Of a stretch of DNA of 64,000 bases, positions 19,644 through 31,383 are shown one piece after another. Every line of letters begins with the position of its first letter. Position 1 is the first letter of the stretch. Both the position numbers and the translations under genes were made by a program. The notes beneath the pieces were generated by a model, which worked only from the letters and a program-made list of their open reading frames with translations, was not told the DNA's origin and did not search any database. The DNA comes from Bugula neritina. Its lineage: Eukaryota > Animalia > Bryozoa. The DNA lies in the NCBI GenBank assembly GCA_964035545.1, contig OZ037772.1, positions 1,240,001 to 1,304,000 of the forward strand. The letters are read 5' to 3'.

Positions 19644-21294
19644 TATATTTAATTTGGTATATAAACGCTAGAGATAACAAAACTTTGTAATAAAGCTTGA
19701 TCTATTGTAAATTAAAATTTTAAATACTATCTTATTTATAAATAAATACAATTACAAATGTCTACTAATATCTGATATAAAAGAGCATAGTAATTGCTTG
19801 TGATGCTGAAATCATAATATTACTTTTTTATGAACCATATTTTATGTTACTATACTTATGGATAAAAAAATCGAATATTAGTGGTCTGTTAATTATTGCT
19901 GACACTCAATTTATACAGTAAATATTGAATATTAATACGTACTTAATAGTATTGACCGTAATCAATTATTCAAAATAAGTCAATAAGCTAATATAAATAC
20001 ACTAAGAATACATTTTTATCATGCTGATGTTGTTCCTATCAACAAAGAGCAATATTATTGGGTAGAAATGCAATAATTTATAACGGAGGAGATAACTCCC
20101 GTTTTATGTTTTTTATTTGTCATGGTTGGGAAAGATGTTATATAGTTCAGAATGTAATGAAAACCGGAGAGCATTATTAGAACACAATAGAGTATTTTCA
20201 TACCAAAAATCAACATTCTAAATGCTAGAACAGAAAAGTAGCAGTTTAGAGAATATCCGGTATATGCAAAAAAGTAGTTTGTCATATTATAGGCTCCGCC
20301 CACTTTTTTTATTTTTGGTCAAAACTTTTGTTAGAGAAAGTTTCATATGTGTACAACATTCCTTGAAAATATTTTTAATGTCAAACTTAAACTGCTCAGA
20401 AAATTAAATATTTAGAGTTCCATAGTCCCCCCTTGAAAAATGCGGAACCCCTGTATATCCACCCCTCTCACGAGAGAACCCCCCCAGATACAAAAAAGGT
20501 ACTTGCAGATCTGAGATCAGTAGAATGTTGGCTTTGCAGTGATATATAGCAACAAAGGTTAGTATTGATGTGCTCCACCCGCCCATTTTTGCATGTTGGC
20601 ACCCCCACTAGCAGAGTGTTAACAAAGGAAGCCACTTCTAACAACTGCATGTCTGTTGAGAATAGCTCACTGCGGCCAGCTAAAGACTATGTCCAGCTAT
20701 TATACACACTTTAGTCACAAATAATCAATTATATTTCAACTGCAACATGCAAGGATTTGGTAACATACATTAGCCCTGGCGATATGTTTTCTCATCTTGA
20801 TAATATCCCATTGTTGAAAGGCTATCATTCGCTCCTTTTTAGCGACAAGTGCATTAGCAGCTTCCAGTTCAATTTTCAGTTTGTCATTGATGCTCTCTGC
20901 ATCTGCCATGGAGTCACTAATCTGCTACATAGACACCTACTGCTTGGCCAATTCTTTCTGAACTGTGAACTGCCTCACAGTTGAGGCTTTTCAACTTGTC
21001 CTGCAACTGGCCAATTTCTTCTCGTAGAGTTCCGGAAGTCTGTTTTTCAACAAAAAGCTGTGTTCACAGGTCACATGACTCTATCTACAGAAATGCACTC
21101 ACAATACACAATGTTATATCTGTTATATATGTACTAATTGCCTCTTTATATTGGAAACATGGTTCTTTTACTGCATAACCAATTGTAAAACAACGCTGAT
21201 GTTTCAAACTCAGCGCGCTTAGCACATTTAAAAATCATATGAAAAAAACGGGACATTTTCAAATTGATGTATGTTGGTTGGCTGAACAGTTTAG

Positions 21295-21296
<2 letters not shown>

Positions 21297-21370
<74 letters not shown>
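21297..21370. repeat. (AT)n microsatellite
   Basis: About 37 perfect AT units. Confidence 0.98.
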
Positions 21371-21373
<3 letters not shown>

Positions 21374-21375
21374 GC

Positions 21376-21520
21376 AAGTATATAGTGTAAGTATACTGTG
21401 TAGGTATATAGTGTAGGTATACTGCGTAGGTATATAGTGTAAGTATACTGTGTAGGTATGTAGTGTAAGTATGTAGTGTAAGTATATACAGTAAGTATAC
21501 AGTATAAGTATACAGTGTAA
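21376..21520. repeat. 13-bp minisatellite (ARGTATAYWGTGT), about 11 copies, partly a 26-bp dimer
   Basis: Alternating tatagtgt and tactgtgt units separated by aagta or aggta. Confidence 0.85.
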
Positions 21521-22256
21521 TTATCAAAGCAAGTAATTAAGTAGAAATATCGGTGTAGCTATCTAAGAGTGTAAAGCTATACGATTATTGCAGTTATAGG
21601 GAGACTTGAACTGCTTGAACTGACTCGTATATAAAAATGGCTATAATTGGCTTTAAATTGGTTTACAAATACTAAACTAAAATTAATAATTTTAGGTTGT
21701 ACTGCACATTCAGTTTACTACTTTATTTATGCTTCATTTTGACCATGGCGCTGAAGCTGCAGCAAGGTATATACTATTTTTTGATCAAATGTAAATAGAT
21801 AATCTTTCAAAATTTGTCTAGCTATAGCACCAGAAATGTAATCAATAATGAATATTAACATTTCCTAGTGAAAAAATATCTTCAAAGTGTTTCTTTAGCC
21901 TTAAATGTAAACTAAAATTAATTAATTATCAGTGGTTTTACGTGAATGCTTATATTGAATAATTTTTCTTTCATAGATTGATTCCCTTTAATCTTAAGAA
22001 GATGAGGACAGCTGAACCAATGACTTTTTTAAATCATTTTATTATTAAATTAGAAGAGTTGAAGGCTTCTAATGAAGAGCTAAATTTGATATTTACTTAT
22101 ATTTTGTACATATGACAGTGTTGATTTTATTATAAATTATATCTCATGAGCGTTTGCAAAAAAAGATACTTTTGCACTGTTTCTGTTCTGTTGTTTTTCA
22201 TTTTTCTTAACAAAATAAAATAGCCATTACAGAGATCGGTGTAGGATCGCAAACCT

Positions 22257-22450
22257 TTCACCAACAATGTATGAAAACCATTTATGCAATGTTATGTAAC
22301 ACAACGTTTATGGGCATAGGTGAAAGTTTTTGCAATAAACGTTTGTTTTAAACGTTGTATATAGTACAAAAATGTGTCGTCATTTAAACATTTATTAAAC
22401 ATTTTGCCTAACGTTTATACAACGTCATATCAATGTAAATTGTTAGTGGG
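22257..22450. mobile_element. Possible degraded MITE with CCCACTAACAA-type end and internal AACGTT repeats
   Basis: Right end ttgttagtggg, degenerate left end ttcaccaacaa, several aacgtt/aacatt motifs; no clear TSD. Confidence 0.4.
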
Positions 22451-22453
22451 GTG

Positions 22454-22635
22454 ATGGCTAAAGAACTATGGGGATATTTTGATGGCTCTATAACTGAACC
22501 TGAAAAATCAGCTAGTGCTATACTAGACTGACTATACAAAGATATCAAGCAAGGCTATGTCAATTATTGTACTCCCGATAATTTGCTATACCTCATAACC
22601 AGCTGCACAGAACCAAAGCAAGCAAGGGGCACTTT
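22454..22635 (+). pseudogene. Ty1/Copia gag N-terminal fragment
   Basis: MAKELWGYFDGSITEPE...AMSIIV...DNLLYLITSCTEPKQA across frameshifts, typical of a Copia gag start. Confidence 0.65.
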
Positions 22636-22781
22636 ACAAAAACCCAGAATCAGAAAGCAAGTCAGGAAACTGACAGTGCCTTCCTCCTATCAAAAAGGGA
22701 GACAACCAACTACTAACCAAAAAAATACTCAAACGGACACTTGATCTAAATTTGTCAAAATAAAAAATAGTTGTTGTAAAC

Positions 22782-23142
22782 ATGACAACTGCACAAGATG
22801 GTGCAGAGTTGTCCACCCAATGGTCCTACTCAAGGAAGAGTTCAACTATTATCTAATAGCCTCAGAAAAATCTGATAAAGAGGATAAAATAAAAATGGCC
22901 ATTCTAATGCGGACCATTAGACCGAGAGGTGTGGACATATTCAAAAGTTTCAAGTTTGGGGAAGGAGAATATAAAGATGTTTACAAGGATGTCCTATATA
23001 GGAAATTTTTGTAAAATGACCTCCAACAAAATAATCAAAAGACATCAACTGCTATCGACAAAACAGGAATGCTTATCAATAGATGAGTATGTCACCAACT
23101 TACATAGGATCGCCAGAAAATGTGACCTTGGTGACATGTATG
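22782..23142 (+). pseudogene. 5' half of a decayed Gypsy-type gag, interrupted by the giant insertion
   Basis: KEEFNYYLIASEKSDKEDKIKMAILM...SIDEYVTNLHRIARKCDLGDMY; continues in frame after the TSD at 59474-59481. Confidence 0.85.
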
Positions 23143-26100
23143 CAGGGTATAATTTCACAGTATCTCGTCCTCAGACATAACACTTATGTGCCAATACGAG
23201 ATACATTACATCATAATTAAATGTTGTCTATCGGCAAAAATTTTGCAGTAGCCAATCATAGTACTATATCAGGGCAGTCTGAGTGTAGTATCTCGTTTAT
23301 CAGCATAATTATAATAGCCCGTAGTTGAAGATGGAGTTGGAAGCTTTTCAAATACCTCCCGCATATAATAGCATTTATGCTAGGCCTTAAAACTAAATAA
23401 ACATTATGGTAGACCAATAATCATGAAAGCTCTACTCATTTGTAACTGGAGGATTTGCAGCACCACAATACTAAATTTCTTGCATTGGAGGTGCTTAGGT
23501 TGTGTTGTCATAGTTATATGTACTTATTGGGGCTTGGTATAAAATTAAACCTGACAATTATAACGATTAAAGTATTATTGCTGTGGTTTCAACTGACCAA
23601 CTTTGGAGTTATTATCTCAATTCTTTGTCGGGAATGGTTAGATAATTTCATGCAATAATGAGTTTTGGCTTTATATCATTATAAATAATGAGTTTTGGCT
23701 TTATATCATTATAAATATCTACATTGATGGCAGCACTGAGCTAGAATTCTAATATCTTTTCAAGCTCATTGGTTGGCAGCTTATCGGCTAAATTTTATGC
23801 AGATATTGAATAATGTGGTTTGATAGTTATGCTATATTGTTAGGTTCACAAGCATCTTTAAAAAGTTATAATTATTGCGTTGACCATAGGTCAAAAAATT
23901 ACCTAAAGAGAGGGCAGACAACTCCAAAAGATTGTTTTCGCAGAAGCAAGTAAAATTCAGCTAAACTGAATACTCCAACTGATCAACATTTTCATCTATT
24001 GAAATTGAAGAAAAGTTAAATATTATTATACTATTCTAATCATGAATAGGCACAAGCTAAAAAAATATTTATTTCAAAAAATATAAAAAGTAAAGTAACA
24101 CAACAATGTTTGCAAACGCAGACCTAAAAATGTGAATATTCTAGCTTGAAATTAAGTCTGAAATTCAGACTTTTCTAGGTTGAATTGACTTTAATTGACT
24201 CACCAGAAAAAAACAATTAATAAAATTATAAAGACAAGCATATAATGAAAAATGTAGTTCATTAGCAAAACTGGAGGAAAGCACTTTTTTTCTAGAAATT
24301 GTTCGATTACATAATACATTTTCGTGCAAATGATATTTTTTAATGAAATGAAACTGTTGTATTGTTTGGCTAGATGAAGTTTCAAAAGTATTTTTAATAT
24401 TTTCTCAAATAAAGTAGACATGCACTCCATTTTCACATTTTTTGGCAAAACATATGATTGGGATTCAGTAGTCAATCAGTTAAGCTTGACACAAGGAGTT
24501 GTCACATCCATCCCAAAGAACAAGACCATCTACAATAACAAACATGGAAAGTACCTAAAATTACATTTAAGTTTACAACAGTCCTTAAAATAAATGTTGC
24601 CTTCTACCAATGTTAAATAAGAACATGATGTAATGCTATGTTTACTTAGACTAAATCTTGCTGACTTACAATGAAATTCATTCATTTCAATTTGAAAATT
24701 CCTGTCAATAACTTGACTCTATGCTAACAACTGATTGTAATACCAAAATCACACTGCTACTTTTAGTTTAGGGAATTCGTTTCATTATTAGTTCAATATT
24801 CAGCAGAGGTTTTTCTTTAATGAACAAACAATAGGCATACATGCAGATGAAAGATTAGGTCTAGTGAATACTAACTTTGTGCCTAACAAAAGAAAATGAA
24901 AGACTGCATGAAAAATTAACAACTCTAAAAACTTGCAATTTGAATGAGGCTCAGGCTTTTAGGTGAGCAAGAGTAACCAGAAGAGCTACTTTAATGGAAG
25001 AAATTACTGACTGATTGTGTAGTTGCAGGCTGCATGATGTGTTTTGATTGTCACAACCACTTTTGAAAAGGGAAAATCCATTAAATTAAGACTACTGGCA
25101 AACAACAGAACGATAAGGAAAAAATACCAAGTAGAAATTCACTTCTCAAAGCAAACTGTAGTTATTACATTATAGATGCTTAGAAGAAGCAGGCAATAGT
25201 GAATGCTATATAGTGTAGATCAGGATTCTATACAATGACAAGTAAACTGAAATTCCAGTGCACTTTGAAACTACTTGTAAGAATGGGCTTAGTGCTTTAT
25301 AGTGCTTTGAAATTTTTTCAAGTCTAATTGGCACCATGCTATTAGAATTCGCAGAGAGATGACCCTTTAAACTTTCATTTTAAACTTTAATACCTTCACG
25401 ATTTTCAGTAAGAAATTCAATTTATCTAGGTCTGAAATTTCACCGAGTTGCATTGTAAAAGCCGCTGGTCAAAATGTTTAGTTTGTGATAACTTAATCAG
25501 CTGATTTTAGAATAACAATCATTGGGAATGACATCTTCATGTAGATATAGATATTTATGCTTATAATTATATCGACTGCCTTCATCAATCATCGATACTA
25601 TGCTGCCAAATCAACTAATTAATTACAGTTGGAAACTTCAATGGGCATTGAATAGCAATTTGGCAAGTTATACTTTTAATATTACAAAAAGAACTTATGC
25701 ATCAATATGATTTAAAACATAGGTGGGTACTCGGCAAGTGATTTTAACTGAAACTGGAACTTTTTTCATGCAGGAAAAGCATCAACGCAACTCAACAGAA
25801 ACTTAAAAATGTCCGGCACACTTTATGCTTTGGCAACATGCACACAATAACTTCGTTTATGGTACAAACCTTTTTGTTGATTGTTTTCCAACATTTTCAC
25901 TAGAGCAAAGCCGAAAGAAATTTGGAAACTGCATAATGATGCCAGCCACCGTGGCATCATCTTCTCTGGAAAAGTATTGACAAATCATCACCCAAAAACT
26001 TCAGCAAAGCCTCCATCAATAGTATGTAATACTTTAGCTGAAACTAAAAAGAAAGAGACAATATTTTCGTGTAATTTAACCCATTAATAAACGCATCAAT

Positions 26101-27091
26101 AGTTAGTGTGGCCACGGTTTAAACCTCATTAATTTCATGCTATTTAAGGCTTTCACAACTTAAAAGATGTAATTCATCTGCAAGAGAAATGTTAGGTATA
26201 TGAAATGAGTAGAAGTGCAAAAGCAAGCAGGTATTAAGGAAGGACGAGTTAGTAGGTGTACTTTGACTTGCGATAGATCAATGTGATACCAGATGTGAAT
26301 TTTGAGGTGTGTTTACTCCAATCTCACTGAAAAGGTATAAATAGCTAAATTTACGAGACACACAATATTTTATGAAATACTGCACATTCATTAAAACTTT
26401 ATAAAACTCTAGTGTGAAGGGTGACTCACACTTTTAAACCGTAGATGAGCTAAGTTGTAAAAGTTTGATGAGAACCTTTTACTCTATAAATTTATGCAAT
26501 ATAAAATACTCTCCACATATTCAACAGCTACGAAGTTTTGTTGAAGATAAACTTCCTCAACAAATATACAGAAAAAAGCTATTTGAAAGCTAAATTTCAT
26601 TAGCATATTATAAGATTATTTGTGTTTCATCTTTATAAACAGTGATTTAGTCATTTAACGGATAACTAATGATTTCACTTTGTTTTTCATTCAATAAAAA
26701 CTAAGTGTAGTTGGTATTAAAAACAGCTTTCATTTCTCACTTTTTTTCTCACCCTAATCTGTGTAGGCAAACAATTGGTTTGTTTCAAACACCACAACAG
26801 TAAAGCGTGACAGCATAGCCAGTGGAGAAAACAATCATCTATACTGCTGGATTAGTGGCAACTTGTGAGTGTGTCAGAGTAGTGTCTTGTTGTGTGACTC
26901 TACAAATAAATTATGAATTTGAATATACTACAAAGTTGCAAACATTGTTTTAACAAAACACAGCATTTATTTGATATTATATGTAAAGCTCAAGTTGATA
27001 TAATATATATTAAATAAATTTTAGCTTTTCTTTTGGATACTCTAAAACAAAATAAAAAAATAAACCAAAATTGGGTAAAGCCATGCGAACT

Positions 27092-27376
27092 AGAGAGAGA
27101 AAGAGAGTGGGAGAGGGGGGGTGGGAGAGAAAGGTTAGGAGAGAGGATGGAAGAGAGATGGGGTAGAAGAGAGAAAGGGAGAGAGTCAGAGAGATAGTGG
27201 AAAAGGGAAGAGAGAAAGGTTAGGAGAGAGAGAAGGTGGGAGAGACGGAGAGTGGGAGAGAGACGGAGAAGGTGGGAGAGACAGAGGGTGGGAGAGAGGG
27301 AGGGTGGGAGAGAGGGAGAGAAAGAGAGAGAGGTTGAGTGGAAGGTGTGGGAAAAAGAGACAGAGAGAGGAGTGAA
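27092..27376. repeat. GA-rich low-complexity polypurine tract
   Basis: Degenerate (GA)n and gtgggagaga units. Confidence 0.9.
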
Positions 27377-27989
27377 AGAGCTTCCAAACTAACACCATTG
27401 ACTTAAAAAATGTTGATAAAAACTGCAGCAAGTCTTTAAAAACGATGCTAGCAAGTTCAAAGCTCACTATAACTTTCAAAATCAATAACATGTCAAGTTC
27501 AAAAAACTTATCTGCGAGCAAAAAATAGTTACAGAGACAACCAGGTATTGGGCAAGAGCCAGCTAATAGGAGTACCTTTTTAGGTAAACTGCATGCAGGC
27601 ACAGTGAGATAGCATCGGTGAGTTGTGTCTTCATTTTAATTTCCTAAAAATGAACATAAACAAATGCTAGTAATGAAAGTTTTCAGGGTTATTAAGGGTG
27701 CAATTTTATCACTAAACATCATAGCAATAGCAAAAATTGCTCAGTACAAATTTAAGAAAAATTTCTTTCATCCATTACATAATACCCGAAATCAAATCCA
27801 TTTATTCAATTCATCAAGCTGAAAAACCAAGAATAATCAGAAAGACAGTAAAATCACTTTCTAGTAAAAAACAGCTTTAGATCATAATTGTTGGGTTCAG
27901 CTCTTAAGCTAAGACACCGATGCACTGAAATACGAAAAAGATCAGCATACTTTTGACTGTCACAAAATTTAATTTACATTTTAAGGTCA

Positions 27990-28032
27990 CCCGCCACCCG
28001 CGCAGGACCACGTTGGTGAAAGGTGACCAGAT
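27990..28032. mobile_element. 43-bp GC-rich insert flanked by a 12-bp direct repeat (retroposed fragment?)
   Basis: ATTTTAAGGTCA at 27978-27989 and 28033-28044. Confidence 0.55.
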
Positions 28033-29697
28033 ATTTTAAGGTCAATCAAAATCAAGCAAAGTTCATCGTCATATTGCTTACTGCTTAATGGTGCAGCTTA
28101 TTTTTGCTTACCAAGTTTCTTTCTGCAGAATAATTGTAGCTAGCTTCTCGATTTGCCATCTTTATTCCAGTCCAGGTTCAAATGACATCTTGATCGTTGC
28201 AAATATCCATGCAAGCTAAAAAATATTTATCAATCAGTACAACAACAGAAATACTTACAATGATCCAAATATTACTATTACATTACTATAACATTACACA
28301 GTAACACTATGTTTATAATTGTAATACGGAAGCATGACTTTGTGGTAGTTTGATATGCTATAGCAAAAGGTAGAAAAATCAACTGAAAAACCGACAGAAA
28401 TAATCAAGTACAATTAACTAAAGTAAATAAACTTACTGAATAGTAAATATTTTACTATACTTAGTGAATTGATTTACTTCCACTAGGTTTACTTTCATGA
28501 TTAAATGCTTCTGTCTATTTTCCAGTTTATAGGAATATATTAAAAGTGAAACCAATTATAATTACTATTACCTTATCTAGTTTTGACTATATGTTTTTCA
28601 CAAATATAAACATAGTTATATGCGTATTCCTATTGTGACTGCAGATACCATTGCGGTAACTGAAATCAAACTTCATTCTACTTCAAGTTTCAAACATTGT
28701 CCTAGTTCAAAGACTAACAAGTGAATAATTAATAACTGTGAAAGCTCCAATAAGTTACTTCATTATTAAATAAGATACAACTGATTCTACTGTATATGAT
28801 ACTATGGTATCTGTATTAAATTAAAACATGATTATGAAAATCAAAAGTTGTATTTTGGGCACTTATATTATAGTAATTAAATTAACAGCTTAAAATAGGC
28901 ACATTAAACCATGATTGGAATTTTTATCCATTTATCTTTATAATTATATTTATTCTTTATTCTGAAAGTTGACCCAACACTGGTAACAAAACTAAAAGTA
29001 ATTGATTAAGTATGATTTATTCTTACACACTTTACCATTATATTTAGTCTTCCTAACTTTCAGTCTGTCATAGTGATTACTACTATATGAAAATGACTTT
29101 GACTTAGAAGTCATAATTATAGTCACAGCGTTGATAAGTCAACAGTGTAGGATTAACACAGCACTAGACTAGTACTACCTCCAGCTTTCAAGTTTATGTT
29201 AGGGTATCTCTAAGACTAAAGAGTAACCCTAATAATGTAAGCAAAGAGCAGTGAGTAATAAGCATGCTATTCAACTTCAAGTTTTACTAGTACTATAACC
29301 AATACTACATGTATTTTAATAAAATTATGTAGCTGGTGAGTGAACTATAAAATTAAATAAGGATCAAACTTTGAGCAATATTAATAGAAATAATATTAGG
29401 ACAGAGGTTTCCAATTATTAGTATGTGAAACCAAAGGGGAATGGATAACTACTATTAGTATTATTACATTTACTTTATATTTAGTTTTACCAGTTCGTAT
29501 TATGATTATCTTACTTTGAATTGTAAAGTATAATAATTATGATATTCATAGTAGTATATTTATATTAGTAATTAATATGTATAATAGTAAAAACATTTGT
29601 TTTAAGTTGCTTGTTTATTAAATAATTCTAAATCCTAATAACGATAATCTTAATATTAGTGATAATCATTATGCTCATCACTGTCCCCAAGTGCTAT

Positions 29698-30002
29698 TGT
29701 TATAATTTTCAGATTAGGGTTGATATGCTATCCAGAGAGTCTATTTATCTAGTATAGAACTGCACCAGGCTAAGTCGAGTGAACGAGTATATTTTATACA
29801 CAACTATACATCATAAAAACACGATACATTATTTCTAACAAGTTACACATCTAATCTATTTCACACTCTAGCTTCGACTGAGTTAGCAGCGGGAAACTAC
29901 AATTGCTGCTAACTATCAACTACGCTAATTGGCTATCCATTGTTCCGGGTCAATTACGCGACCCTACATGTTGTGCTGCTGGTAGTTCCACGAACCACCA
30001 CA
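29698..30002 (-). repeat. 3' LTR of copy 2 (AATAAA changed to TATAAA)
   Basis: 305 bp; ttttatacac here versus ttttattcac in copy 1. Confidence 0.96.
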
Positions 30003-30282
30003 CCGCCCCCACCAGCAGAAAGCCATCTTTCTGATATATATATAAAAAAAACATTCAATAGTAATTGCATACATCAGTGGACAAAAATAATACATAATAT
30101 ACAGGAAGAGACATAATAATAGACAGAGTCGTTATAACGATCCGTTGCATACAATTGGCCAGCTGTAGATAGACGAGGAATACTAGCTAGCTGTGGTATT
30201 AGACAAGGAATAACCTGTCTAGCAGTTAAGCATTTGCACGATTTTGGTTCCTCACCAAATGTGGAGTATTCTGGGTAGCATA

Positions 30283-31359
30283 CTAGAGTCCTTGTTGGGC
30301 ACGCCGGTGCTTGGCTTGGCATGTACGCAATTTCCGTTTCATACGGCATACGGATCCCTTCAGCTGGAAGAGTCCTGTGGTAGTGTTAAGTAGATCTGGC
30401 GCCAGCTGGGTGAACTCTTCTTGTAATCGTAGGAGGCGTTCTTCTACTGTAGCTAGTCGTACTGGGTCTGGGGACGGTGTCCGTCTGCGGCGTAAGGGTG
30501 GACTGGGGGACCTGGTCCGTCTCTTCGCCGGGGTAGGGGAGATCTCTCCTTCTTCTGGATATGTAGTTTCCTCGGGGGTGTATGTAATTGGAGGGCGGTC
30601 AGACACCAGCGGGGATTGTTGGCGGGCGTTGTCTAACACACGTTGGAACCCCGAGGATAGAACGGCTAGTAGCATGGCCTTCTTTACCAGAGGTCATATA
30701 TACGTGAGGAACTCCGGGTACAGCTTAGCGTCGACCACATAGTTTTCTCCAGGGAAACAGCCCGCCGCTCTGTGTCTGGTGACGGGGTAGGGATACACAT
30801 CATTGTACCCGCAGGGGCAGAAGGTCAGTAGGAGATGAGCATTGACGTGTAGTTTAAGGGAGCGGTGAGAGGCGCAATCTTCACCACAGATCTGGCATCT
30901 CGTCCGTCCTCTGGACCCCCAGGCTGTTTCTATTTCTTCTTCGGTTTGTGGAGACACCCACCGCCAACGGCGGCGTAGTGGCTCAGGCCGGTCACCACTA
31001 GCATAGTCCTCCGGATACGGAGCGGGAAGTGTTCTATCCCGTACCCTGGTTGTAGCGGGTCGAGTGTAATCTGAAAAAGTTTCAACAGTGTTAGTACAGT
31101 ACACTGCTGTGTTGTCAGCTTGAACAGCTTGGCAACTCCTAATTCAGTTACCTCGTAGAGATTAATGATAGTGAATAGTCAGATAGAACCGTATTGCAAT
31201 GAGATTATAAAAATCTCTAAGTCAAACTGAGTTCTTACTAGGGTATTTCACTAACCTATCTCCAGCTCGATTGACTCAGTGAGTCAGAGCTGAGCGATGC
31301 AATCTAGTTTCGTATTAAGATATAGTTAACTCACCCCACGATCTGTTGTCGTAAGACAT
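30283..31359 (-). pseudogene. ORF3 of copy 2, predicted join(31359-31335, 31070-30283), with a CGA>TGA nonsense change at 30696-30694
   Basis: Same splice signals as copy 1; the premature stop falls just after the zinc fingers. Confidence 0.8.
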
Positions 31360-31383
31360 ACTGAATATGTGAAATGGTTTGAA

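Larger units (their letters stand above)
17461..20699. mobile_element. Rearranged remnant of an Academ (AcademX-type) DNA transposon
   Basis: Transposase and XPG/PIN-like segments on minus, Cys8 finger on plus. Probable terminus TAGCTGGACATAG (reverse complement ending at 20699); the opposite end is absent. Confidence 0.75.

Noticed and set aside
21291-21527. Y/I-rich ORF, and CRISPR-like periodicity of the 13-bp repeat
   Set aside because: Micro- and minisatellite with no unique spacers; eukaryotic context with no cas genes.
23654-23717. 30-bp perfect tandem duplication
   Set aside because: Ordinary local duplication with no further structure.
24440-24545. VIVDG..GC..C..FC as a KDZ-associated CxC6-like motif
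   Set aside because: It needs a frameshift and read-through of stops, and I found no downstream KDZ catalytic motifs; too weak to classify the giant element.
27186-27380. Ser/Leu/Pro-rich C-terminus of the 138-aa ORF
   Set aside because: Translation of the GA-rich repeat.
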